Source: Squalus acanthias
Lineage: Eukaryota
Length of the DNA stretch: 64,000 bases
Direction of reading: 5' to 3'
Assembly: GCA_030390025.1 (NCBI GenBank)
Contig: CM059432.1
Location: 64,482,001-64,546,000, forward strand
Shown: in pieces, positions 10,855 through 22,155 of the stretch
How positions within the stretch are numbered: position 1 is the stretch's first letter
Layout: each line of letters opens with the position of its first letter
Notes under the pieces: generated by a model
Databases searched by the model: none
Seen by the model: the letters and a program-made list of their open reading frames with translations, nothing else
Told to the model about the DNA's origin: nothing
Position numbers and translations under genes: made by a program

Positions 10855-11718
10855 GGCCGCGATTTTATCGATCGATGCGGCTTGGGAGCGGATCAGGTGT
10901 CTTCCGGGTTCCAGTCCTGCCCCCAACTACATCCGGCCCACAGACGTGATTTTACGTCAGTTGACCTTGTTAAGCCTGTCCTTCAATTAAGATGAAGCCG
11001 GTCAGAGGACGTCATTTGATGACGCGTCATCTGACAATTTTCTTAAAGGGACCACGCACAATTTTTCTTTGACAGCTCATTTCTCAGTGTTTGACAGCAT
11101 TGAGGTGCTGCAAACACTGACAATGACTGTTCACAGGTGAGTTCTTGCACCCAGGCTCTCCAGTGACTCGCTCCTAAGGCTAGAACAGATGGCAGCTGCA
11201 GGTGAGGTTGCAGAAGCGATCTGTCACTGGTGAGAGAGGTTCTCCCAATGAGGTGGGACTAGACAGCCAAATCAAAACCTGTTACCTACAGAAAAGAGTA
11301 CATACATTAAAAATGATTTTCCCAACATTTTCTTACCTCTGAAACTCACCAGTGCACCATTGGATCCTTCACACCACTTCTGCAGCTGTCATCAATGCAG
11401 AAACATTACAGCAGACTCACAACACGCCACACTTACCTGGCATGGTGGCCGGACATTGGGAAGCCCTGAAGTAGAATTGTCAAAATTGAAAAAGAGCCTG
11501 TTAACTGCCTGTTAACAACCTTTAACAGGCAGTTAAGTGGCTATAATCCTCTTCCTGCCGCTAGGTGTCGGGTCCATGTGCAAATTGGGAACACAACACT
11601 TGGGAAGATTGATTGGAGGCGGGTTGACAGCAGGTTTCCTGCCAGCTGTCAATCATTGCGATTTTGCTGCATGCCCCGCCTCCAAACCCACCCCCTGAGC
11701 GCCGGCAAAATTCCGGCC
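10855..11718. mobile_element. Non-autonomous PIF/Harbinger-type DNA transposon (MITE)
   Basis: Termini GGCCGCGATTTT / AAAATTCCGGCC (imperfect 12-bp TIR), 3-bp TSD ATT on both sides. Confidence 0.75.
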
Positions 11719-11949
11719 ATTATGTGAAAAGAGGAACATAGTTCATTGGAGAATTCATACTCGAGGATGATCTCGCGATTTGACTAGATGATACTGATTG
11801 GCACTCGTGCTTAGGACAAAAAAGTGTTTTTCATCACCTATGGCCTCCTTATTGTACGTCACCTTGCTACCTGATTAAGGTCATGAATTTGTTTTCAACA
11901 ATCCTGTTGCATTCAGAATTTTGTTGAGCTTTCATTCAGTTTGAGATAT

Positions 11950-12444
11950 TCTGATCCCACATATCGTGCTCTCCCAATATCGGGAGCATTCTACTGGCCA
12001 ATAAAATTTGGCCTAGGCTCTCTGCACTACTTAAAGGGGAGGTGCTTTGCTGCAGAAGCACCTCATTGTCAGCCTGCATTAAGTCCTGGGCCAACAGGCG
12101 AGAGGGAGGGCGAGGGGTTTTTCCGATGCGGCACTGGAGGCCTTGATCCTGGGGGTTCACAGATGACGTGAGGTCTCTACCCGCAGTGGGGCAGGAGGCC
12201 TTCCAGCTGAATGCCAGAAGGATGTGGGAGGAAATAGCTGAAGCTGTCACTGCCACGAGTGTTGTCCCCAGGACCTGGATCCAGTGCCACAAGAATGTAA
12301 TGACCTCACACGGCTGCGCTGCCGACCTGTCCAAAATGGCGGCTGCCGTGGGACCCGCCGGAAGTGGGCAGAAGCGAAGCGCCCGCCATTTTTTCACCAA
12401 AACCGGCCTTAACAGCCGGAGCTAAGGGACCAAATTTCACAGCC
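11950..12444 (-). mobile_element. Internally deleted derivative of the Harbinger element at 54143-57698, retaining the Myb/SANT exon and one terminus
   Basis: 12310-12444 matches the reverse complement of 54143-54277; ~11995-12312 matches the reverse complement of ~57200-57520. Confidence 0.88.
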
Positions 12445-12699
12445 ATCATCTTTAAATTTACTGAATTGTGCTAACAAAATAAACAATTCTGCTTGAGTAA
12501 GACATGATTACCTTTGCAATTTAGTTTTTTTTTCTCTATTTTGCTTCCTCAATTGTGATGAGCATGTGATGTCAAAATCATTGGGAATTCATCAATATAC
12601 ATTAGTATAGGCCATGTGCCTCATTATCATTTGTTGAGGCAATAGATCTGGATCAACCTATGATTAACTGTCTTAACTTACTCCTAATGGGAGGTTAAG

Positions 12700-13369
12700 G
12701 GGCTGGATTTCCACTAGAGGAGGGTCAGTGCAGGACTTTAGCCCAACTTTCCAATACCTCGCACCCCACCCCCATCCCATTTTCCAGATTTGGGGGTTAT
12801 TAAGCCTGCAGGGTGGGCTCACAGCGGGGTCCCCAGCATGAAGAAGGAACTCGCTGCCGCCGGAAAGGGAAGATGCAGGTATTGCTGTAGCGAGATCGCT
12901 GACAGTAGAAGAGATCGAATTGAAGAGCACAGAAATGCCTCGATGATCTGCTGGCCAAAGCATAACAAAGATCAGTGCTTGGGGCCTGAGGAGTGGGAAA
13001 GGTACCCACAACCAGGCTCTCATCTCCAAAAAGGACACTCACCTTTCACTGCTGGCCCAGGGACTACCAGCACGTCTCACTTAGTGGTACCTTGAGTTGG
13101 CAGTGCCAGTGGCAGAAGGCAGTAAAATCAGCCCAGATGCTGGGTCCCGCCTCCCTAACATAGTTAACATGTAGGGAGTAGTAAATGGGCGGCCGGTGCC
13201 ACCCCTGCTTGGTGGGCGGGGGTAGGTGGGGGGGGGAGCGGGGGCAGGTGGAAGGGTTGATGAAATTCCAGGTCAGGAAGGGGATGTGACGATAGCCGCC
13301 ACCACGCCTGATTTTCCTTGATTTTCTTCCACCATACCACCCACAGCATAGCAGAAGAAAATCCAGCCC
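12700..13369. mobile_element. Harbinger-type MITE
   Basis: TIR GGGCTGGATTT / AAATCCAGCCC, 3-bp TSD AAG. Confidence 0.78.
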
Positions 13370-13724
13370 AAGATGTTGCAGTTTGGAATTCTGAGCTTTC
13401 CTGTCTGAGCTATAGTTAAAACCACTTCCTGCCATATAACTGTCTAAAGTGACAGGATTTAATACTTATTACATGTGTTAGTAGCATCTAGTAACTGAAC
13501 GTTAATATTGAACCAACCATTATTTCTACATATAATTTTATTAACAGGTTGACCAGTTTGAACAATCAATGATGGAAAAAGAAGATTCTAGACAAGAAAT
13601 GACCATGTCAATTATTAGTGCAAATACTAAGTATATTTGACATTACTTTGTAATGGAAACATTAGCCTGTTTAAACTAAACAGTTTAATGCATGAATTAA
13701 CATAACAAAGTAATTTCATACAAA

Positions 13725-14120
13725 TACAACAACTTGCATTTATATAGCCCCTTTAACATAGAAAAACATCTCAAGCAATTCCTAGAGGCATAATCAAAAA
13801 TAAATGGATGTCGAACCAAAGAAGGAGATAGTAGGAGGGTGACCAAAAGCTTGGTCAAAGAGATGAATCTTAAGGAAGGTTAAAGGAGGAGAAGGACTTG
13901 GAAAGACAGAGAGACTTAGGCATGAAATTCCAGAGCATGGGGCTTAGTAGTGGGGTGGAGGGGAGGGATTGCTCAAGAGGCCAGTTTTGGAGGAACAGAG
14001 TGCAGGGAAGTTGTAGGGATGGAGGAGGTTACAGAGATAGAGTAGGGCGAGGCCATGATGGGATTTAATGGATGAGGATGAGAATTTTAAATTGAAGGGA
14101 TTGGGAAACCTGGAGCCAGC
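13725..14120 (-). mobile_element. L2 LINE 3' fragment
   Basis: caacaacttgcatttatatagc... terminus shared with 24260 and with the reverse complement of 35700-35760 and 39100-39152. Confidence 0.7.
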
Positions 14121-14622
14121 ATGTATTCTCATCACAATAACCTTAGAAGATAAGAACAGAAGAACCTATTGAAGCAGGCAAAGTCAGTTAGGTCCAAAAA
14201 CCCTTTTAGAAAAATTAACAGTACTGATTTCCCTTAATAACTCTGTGATTCATAGCACAGCAGTGGTTGATTTCATATTGTTGTACAGCTCTAAAGTATC
14301 CTGTCTGCCTAAGTGGAGAATGGAGTGAAAGATGTTTTAAGTACTGTATAAAGGATTGTTTTTGGAAAATGGAAGCTTAAAATGTGAATTAAACACATCA
14401 TTATGGCTTTACAAAGCATCTGTATAACCTTAAGGCCAAAAAAGCTATTCAGTATGAAGGACAAAGACAATTACATACCCAAAAGGCTTAAATAAAATGA
14501 TAAAGCAGAAAAAAAATGTTGATATGAAATGCTTTTTAGGTGAATGCTCCATTTTGATCCATACATCATTTTAACAGTTATTAAAATGTAAGACTAGTCA
14601 ATACTGTTGATTTTTTTGTCAG

Positions 14623-14739
14623 ATAGTCTACATGGGCTGGGTAGAAGACCGCGAACCAGACTCGCTGCAGGATAAACTATATACACCAAAGTATCTAGCC
14701 GTGAGAGGCTCTTGCCTATACAAATTTACAGCGCCTCCG
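14623..14739 (+). CDS. SNTG1: Gamma-1-syntrophin internal coding exon (IVYMGWVEDREPDSLQDKLYTPKYLAVRGSCLYKFTAPP), PH-domain region
   Basis: tttttttgtcag acceptor, GTATGT donor, 117 nt, phase 0/0. Peptide matches my recollection of vertebrate SNTG1 (IVYMGW...LRGSCLYKF.APP). Upstream exons not found in the window. Confidence 0.92.
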
Positions 14740-16659
14740 GTATGTGATTCTGTTCAGTTTTGACTGATTCAGCATACATTTTTAATTTAGTATACAACTG
14801 AAAATATGCAGTTAATATATTTTATTGAGTATGATAAGATATTACATTGATGCATGCAGTACAATGTGAATTGTAAGTTACGGCTTGAATTTTTATATTT
14901 TATCTTCTTTAGTCATGATGAAGGAACAGCTTAGTTACCTTTTGACAAGTCCAGACTAAATTTATTTCAGGTTTCTTATGCAGATGTAAATTGAAGCAAG
15001 ACTCTTATTTATTTTAAGCAAAGCGCAATAGCAATTACCAAGATCACCATAACAGAAATTTCAATTCAAACAAATTTTACTCTTCGATAAACATATTTAA
15101 TAATTTAAGATTAAATAGTGCTAATAATCATTTAGCTAATTATTATTGGTCCTGTTCATGCTGCTGTAGTCACAAATATTGAAAAACTAGGTTCAGCTAG
15201 AATGCAATATCCATTGAACTCCCTTGCTTCACTAACACAGGTACTGCATAACCTTTGCTCATAAAAGCCTGCTGCAATGCTTCAGTGTCTATTTGGCTCT
15301 TTGTGAATAACAACCACTTGCTTTATTTTTCTAAAAGGAGAAATTCAAAATGTTAGAGCCTTCATCGTTATGAGCCCAATCCATATGTTGTCTCAAAAAT
15401 GTACCATTTGAAAAGATCCTCCAGTTGGTGCACAGATTTAATTCTGTTTAAATCCCTCACACAGTTTGTAATTAAAAGATGGGTCACCAGGATATGCAGA
15501 GTCCTCTATTTATCTCTTCATTTAGTGGTGACTACATGTAATCAATAGATAATTAACTAGGAACAATATTCTCTTGGCTAGCTATGTCTATCAGTAATTA
15601 TTACAGAACACAGATGGATAAAATTTGAATCTGCCATGATACTGTTTCTAATTGATGGGTCAATATGTATATATTGATATTTCCATGGTTAGGCTCTCAC
15701 CATCACTGGCTACTTACAATTGATAGATAAAATGCTGTCATCCGAGTTATTACGTTTACTTAGTGGTTCCTATAATAAGTAGGAATCGGGAAGGGTCCCC
15801 ACCTAACACTATTGTTGGAGTACTGTCACCACAAGACTGAAGTATTTCAAGGAGAAGGCCCACCATCACCTTCTCTGGGCAAGTAGGGATGGGCAATAAA
15901 TGCTGGCCTTGCCAGCAATGCACACATTCCAAGAATGATTTTTTAAAATGGATTCAGCTGCTTGTAATTCCCATTTTTTCTTGTTTAAGCTGTTACTCCC
16001 AGAGTACAGGTAGTTCCATGCTGCATGGAAGATAGCCTTTTTTTTTAGTTAGAAATGAAATAGAATCTCTTATGCCTCCATTCTTTATGCTGTTGCTTCT
16101 TAATACAGTCATACTTGTGGTCATTAAGTATCTTCAGAAATAACAACATGTATCCAAAAATTGTCATCCTAAATGCAACACAATATTAACCCACTCTATC
16201 AGAAAGAAGTCAAAGCACAATTAGAATAATGTGACTGATAAACCAGAAATTAATTAGATTTGGTCAAAAGCTCATAAGCAGAAATGTATATTGGGTAATT
16301 ATGCTAAGACAGGACTTTCAATTCTTTGGTTTATTGGCTGCTCTTTAGAATTTATTTGACATACTGGCAGAAAAAATAAAACAGTTATCAATCAGTAATC
16401 TTTCCCTCCTGCCAAAAAAATCCTTTTGAGTTAACTATTTCTAAATATAATGTTATTTGTTTGTACCTTTGGTGAAGTTGTAGTTATGGTAAGTGACACC
16501 AATGCTAGGAAAGGAAGTACTTCTGCACTTTTTGCACCTACTGACAGTATCAAGAATCCCAAGTCAGGTATAATACAAACTTTACGCAGAATAGAGCTCC
16601 TTTTTTCTCCTCCAATAATGTACCTTCAATTAAAAAAAAACACACTGCAAATAAAATCA

Positions 16660-16960
16660 TCGAATCATAGAAGTTTACAGCACAGAAGGAGGCCATTCGG
16701 TCCATCGTATCTATGCTGGCTGAAAAAGAGCTATCCAGCCTAATCCCACTTTCCAGCTCTTGGTCGTAGCCCTGTAGGTTACAGCACTTCAAGTGCATAT
16801 CCAAGTACTTTTTAAAAGTGATGAGCATTTCTGCCTCTACCACCCTTTCAGGCAGTGAGTTCCAGAACCCCACCACCCTCTGGGTGAAAAAAGTTCTCCT
16901 CAACTACCCTTTAATGCTTCTACCAATTACTTTAAATCTATGCCCCCTGGTTATTAACCT
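16660..16960 (-). mobile_element. CR1 3' end fragment
   Basis: ORF 16550..16903 RRTFFTQRVVGFWNSLPERVVEA; gatggcctccttctgtgctg...ttctatgatt tail. Confidence 0.85.
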
Positions 16961-16962
16961 CT

Positions 16963-17180
16963 GGATGCTGGAATTCTGAAATAAAAACACAGAAAATGCT
17001 GGAAATACACAGCAGGTTGGCCAGCATCTGTAAAAAGAAAAAACAGATTATGACATTTCGGATATGCACCCTTCATCTTAACCCATTCTGAAGAAGGGTC
17101 TATGGCCGAAACATCATAACCTGGTTGTTTTTCTTTACAGATGCTGATCAGCCTACTGTATATTTTCAGCATTTTCTACT
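16963..17180. mobile_element. Inverted pair of Penelope-derived short elements with hammerhead-like cores
   Basis: Arms are mutually reverse complementary (gaaaatgctggaaatacac / gtatattttcagcattttc); CTGAAGA-agggtc tat ggcc-GAAAC at ~17088-17111; same family as 36391 and 39790. Confidence 0.6.
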
Positions 17181-18647
17181 TTAAAATTTCAACCTCAGAA
17201 GAAAAGAATGCCTGCTACTATATAAGTATGAATTTTCCACATCTTTGAGTTACCTTTGAATGAGCCTGGAAATTTGATAGTAACTGTAGATGAATTATGG
17301 ACAGTTTTTTATTATATATGCATCCTTTAGAAACCGCATTAAGATCGTCCAAACTAATTTCATGAAGAACCTTTAAACATGACACAGGAAACTTTCATCC
17401 TAACAGTCTGGATCTTATTTGAAACCAGGTTACAGGTGAAAGATCAGTCACTACCCACTGCATAATTAGAGCCTGGACTAAATTCAACTGTTCTACAATA
17501 CAGATCAAGCATGCAACTGCTTTGGAATCTGTTCCTATTTATATTTATATTTTCCTTTGTGTGTTATCTAAAACCATCATGAGACACCAATGACAGTAAA
17601 AATATTTTTCCTTTAACTTTAAATACAGGGGGAAATATGCCTCTTTGTTTTCTGGCTGTTCCACGCTCCCCAATGACTGAGAAAGGGTCAGTCCAGTATA
17701 TACCAGTGAGTAGGAAACTGCTTCAGTGGCTTGTATGGTCAGGCTGACCCCTCAACCTGCCCGCAACCAGAACAGATGACAACTTCACGCCCCAGTGCAG
17801 CATTTCTATTTGCTGTGGTGGGTCACTGCTGCCTTACGATTTTTAAAAAAGCTTTCTTTAGACGGATCTTAGTTCCACTGGAGGCGGCTGCACTGCCTCA
17901 TGTGATTTGCAGCACTGTCCTTGATGTTGGAATGCTGTCAATGGCTCCACTCTAATGTTAAGGGGGATTAGCTTTTCTTTAGGAAACTTTATTGGCAGAA
18001 GTGAGCCAATGGTTGGCGGATGTTTTCTTTCCAAATGTGTAAATACTGACAGCAGGATAAAACCAGTTTGAAAATAATCAGCATTTTGTTATTACTAATA
18101 TTCAGTACTTAAGTAAGAAGCCTATTAAAGGCTAGCCAGGCAAGTTAGAAATTTGAGTCCTTTAAAAAAAAATGATTTCATGTCTGTGACTTCTGCGCAA
18201 GGCCAATTCTTCACCTTGGACAGCTTGCCAAGGAAATGTACTGAGCGGAGGAGTGTTGGCTCCTCGCGGAAAAGGGAAGTCAAAGGGTGAACTAACCCAA
18301 GCTGCTATCATATCGTCCCTAGCAGAGAGCAGGCTGTCCACATAATCTCTTAGCCAGGATGAGGACATGATGGTGGGGGAGATAAAGTGGGGAAAAATTA
18401 ACCTCAAAAGAGGGATGGGAGATTTTTATTTGTGGTTATAAAACCTATGACTCAATATGGTCCATAAACCAGTTAATTTTTCAATCCTGTCTAAATGTTA
18501 TCCATTTTAAAAAATTAAAAATAAATTAACATTTTGCATTCTATTGATTATCACAAATACTAATCTTGTTCCAGTCATGTTGTCCGTATGCTGCATTAAA
18601 GCTAAATGACCCAAATGATTAATCATCTAGATCATTTCTTTCCTCAG

Positions 18648-18719
18648 GTAACCACATGGGATTGGACGAAAGCTGTGAGGAGTTACACAGTATATGAAAT
18701 TATGTGCAAAATCCTTAAG
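18648..18719 (+). CDS. SNTG1: Gamma-1-syntrophin coding exon (VTTWDWTKAVRSYTVYEIMCKILK)
   Basis: tttctttcctcag acceptor, GTATGA donor, 72 nt, in frame with flanking exons. Confidence 0.92.
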
Positions 18720-19018
18720 GTATGAGCAAGCAGATTCTATTAGTATCTGCAGAACTGGACTGAAGTGCTCTTTGAACTACCAGCAAACATTATTTTGAAC
18801 CACATAGAAATCCAGGAAATTTCAGTGAATTGCCATTGAGCTCTGACACTCGTGCTTCAAAGTGTTGGAACATTACATTATTCGTTTAATTTAACGGGCT
18901 GAAAAAGTCTGAGAGTTCAGAAAATTATGCTGCTTTGAATTAAATTTTACAATATTCTAATTGATTTTGTTACGGTTTACATTTTGTGATATTTAAACTA
19001 GAAGTACAGCTACTAATA

Positions 19019-19584
19019 CAGGAAACTGTTGTTTATCCGGCACCCAAATATCCGGAATTCTCGCTTAACCGGCAAAAATCATCCTCCGAAAACTCCTCTC
19101 AAATAACCGGCAATGTTGCCGAGTCGCAGTCCGAGTCTCCGCAAACGCCGAGTACTCCGAAAACTCCTCTCAAATAATCGGCAATGTTGCCGATCCCGAG
19201 TCCGCGAACGCCGATTTAGTCAGTAGGGGTAGTTTTCAAAAGTGCCACTACTCGGCCTCCTGGCGCTGTCGGAAGTCCGAAACACTGCAGTAGCAGGAGT
19301 TGATTCTCCTGCGCTGCCGGGAGTCTCACTTACTGTTAAGTAATTAAAGAGTTATGGATTACTCTCAACTGGCAGTACTGTACTTAATCAAGCATCTTCC
19401 ACCATCCATTTAACACAACATTCTGTAGGTGAGTACCCAACTACTGTATACTGCACATTTCTTGATTTTTTTATTTTTCTTTGTTAAAAATAGCCTCGGT
19501 AGATATAACTCTCTGTTATCCGGAACTTTCGATCAACCGGCACCACGCCGGTCCCGTCGGTGCCGGATACCAAAGAGTTTCCTG
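19019..19584. mobile_element. Tc1/mariner-superfamily (Tigger/pogo-like) MITE
   Basis: TA|CAGGAAACTGTTGTTTATCCGGCACC ... GGTGCCGGATACCAAAGAGTTTCCTG|TA: imperfect ~26-bp TIR with TA TSD; CpG-rich; internal ~39-bp direct repeat. Confidence 0.82.
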
Positions 19585-21129
19585 TATTGAGTATTGGTAA
19601 AAATGATGCATCTTCATACTATTAGGTAACTTTTGTAAGGCAAGGCCTCAGTGCAGAGCCTTGCTCAATGGGTGTGTGGATTAGAAAATTGATCACAGCG
19701 GTCAGCACATCTGATTCAAGGTTCTCTCGATTTTTCCAGGTGATCAATTTTAATGGGTTAGTGCCTCTGTTAAGGTAGCAAATTAAAGAATTTCATACAA
19801 ATGTGTTGAGTGTTTCTACATTAATATTCAAAAAGCCTCTTTTCAGGCAATTTGTTTCAAGAACTTTTGCTAAAATGTTGTTTTGTTACAGGTGAAGCAT
19901 GAGCAGGAATTGAAAGGCAGAGTTTGATGTATTTGTTTTTGTGCTGTATTGGTGTGCTGTGAAAGAAGGGAATGAATTAATGGTGCTCTGCAGCTTTAAA
20001 ACAGTTTTGTCAGCTGAACTGGCTGAATGTATTTGTCTTCTATTGATTGAATTCCTATGTGTTTTGTTATTTATTTTCTTTCCTTTTACATTTAGAAATC
20101 CATCCAAACACATCAACTGGGTTAACCAGATTATAAAGTAGCGAAACTAACTTGTGAAAAATGTGCCCTCCTTCATAGCTCTAAGAGTCTTTGCGAGACA
20201 AAGTTAAGTCGCAGTCACATGGTAATAAGGAAACTACAACCAGAAGATGGGAAGTAGTGTGTTGTGTTGGGGAATTAAAACCAACAAGTTATGTTAGGCA
20301 TAACAGCTAATGAGTGATGCAAACAGATGGATTATAGGTCTAATTCACCACTGCTTTCTCCAGGAAAAAACACTCCTCATCATGTATCATATTTAATCAA
20401 TTTGCACATATATTCCTTATTAAGAAGAAGCAAAAATATAAGTAGTTGGGGAAAATAGCTATCATCAAAGCTTGCCGCTGTTCCATGAGAATCAACTCAG
20501 CAGGCCCATTGCTCATATAGTGGACAATGGGCATTATTGTGGAGGTAGCTTTGAGATGCAGAGCTCTTGGAGTTGAGAGGCTATTATAGAGCAAGGAAAT
20601 GTTGTTTTCAACGATTTGGACAGTTACTGTGGTGATGAATGAGCTTATGAATGATGACAGAGAGGATTTGTGTCCTGCGTATTAACCTGTTCACTAAAAT
20701 TCCTGCATTTGCTGCAAGTAATGGCAATAAAAGAAAACTACTCCAGTGATACCCACACATGGGGTTCGATATTAGGGAAAATCTTGTGGACCACGTACGG
20801 TGAGTGGACTAACCAATAGTCCTCATAGGGATCGTAGGAGGCCACTCAATTAAAGGTCCACATTTGTTTTGGGAGGATTTTTGTGGGGCAAGGAGGAGCA
20901 GAAGTGCTTGCTGGTCATCTCCGCATGTTAGTCGATTTCTCAACCTCCCACAATCGCTGATCTGCAGTGGTGCACCCGTTTGGTGCCTGCAGCTTAAATA
21001 AGGTCCAAATCTGAAAATTGCTTTTAGGCAGTGCAGCCGCTCCACTGACTTCAAACCTGTTTCGGGCAGCAGTCGAATTTGCCCCACATGCGCTCTACTT
21101 CAGTCACTACCTCTCACTAACTCTAGAGC

Positions 21130-21520
21130 ATTCCCCAGCCTCACAACCCTCTGTGTAAAATGTTTCTTCTGCTCTCTGTCCTAAATCTTTTACATTTAAT
21201 TGTATATTTATGTCCCCCTGTTCTAGATCCCTCAATTACTGCAAACAGTCTGTTTCTATCTACACTATCCCACCCCTTCATAATTTTATACACCTCTCTA
21301 TCAAATCACCTTGTAATCTCCTCTCTTCTAAGGAAAACACCCCCAATTGTTCAAGTCTTTTTGTGTATTTGTATTTCCTCATACCAGTCAGTATCCTAGT
21401 GAATTTGTGCTGTATCCTTTTTACTGCCTCAACATCTTTCCTATCGTGTGGAGCCCAAAACTGCATGCAGTACTCCAACTGTGGCCTTACAAAGGTTTTA
21501 CAGAGATCCCCCAGGACATC
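21130..21520 (-). mobile_element. Old CR1 RT 3' fragment
   Basis: ORF 21278..21478 EYCMQFWAP...LGVFSLEERRLQGDLI. Confidence 0.8.
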
Positions 21521-22002
21521 TCAGCTTTTATATCCGATACTTTTCGTCAAAAAAATCAGATAGTCGAAAGCAGCCCACTCAGGCAGTAAATTTGAAATAT
21601 CGGCCTTTCTGTTAAAAAGCTACCTTTCCATGATACGATGCTGAGTTTAAAAAAATAAGTTTCAGAGGCTGAAACTTAAAGTAACTGGCCTGTGGGAAAA
21701 GAGAAAGGTTCACATCATTTTTCATCACAGTGATGCAATGTGCAAGCAATACACCAATGCTCTTATGATGCAGGGATATCTTTTCAGACAAATTGCATCA
21801 TCGTTTGAAAGTGAATTTAGAAGAAAGACTAGCCAACACTTTTTGTTAAAGATTCATTTTCTGCAATAGTCTGCTTGTAATTTAAATATAAACACCTTTC
21901 AGGCATCAAGTGTTGCATTTGCAATATACATCCTTTATGTGTGTGTTAGGTGGAAATATTAATTGATGTATGCCAGATTATATAACTTCAGGTTTTCATC
22001 AG

Positions 22003-22155
22003 GACAGTGATCTGTGGGACCGGCGGAAGCACTGCTTTAGTGTTCAGACAGAAAATGGAGAGGACCTTGTCTTCAGTGTGGAATTAGAATATGAACTCAT
22101 TCTCTGGGAAAAGGCCTTTCAGACAGCAACCTTCTTGGAGGTGGAACGAATACAG
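22003..22155 (+). CDS. SNTG1: Gamma-1-syntrophin coding exon (DSDLWDRRKHCFSVQTENGEDLVFSVELEYELILWEKAFQTATFLEVERIQ)
   Basis: ttttcatcag acceptor, GTATTA donor, 153 nt; lies within ORF 21970..22185. Confidence 0.93.

Noticed and set aside
1..14622. Upstream SNTG1 exon(s) preceding IVYMGW
   Set aside because: No convincing splice-bounded match found by eye; the KINSTDFP-like stretch near 14210 lacks support. A very short exon could have been missed.
21970..22002. Upstream alternative acceptor (ttcag at 21987-21991) or ATG extending the 153-nt exon
   Set aside because: The upstream AG adds 11 nt and shifts the frame; homology to SNTG1 begins at 22003.
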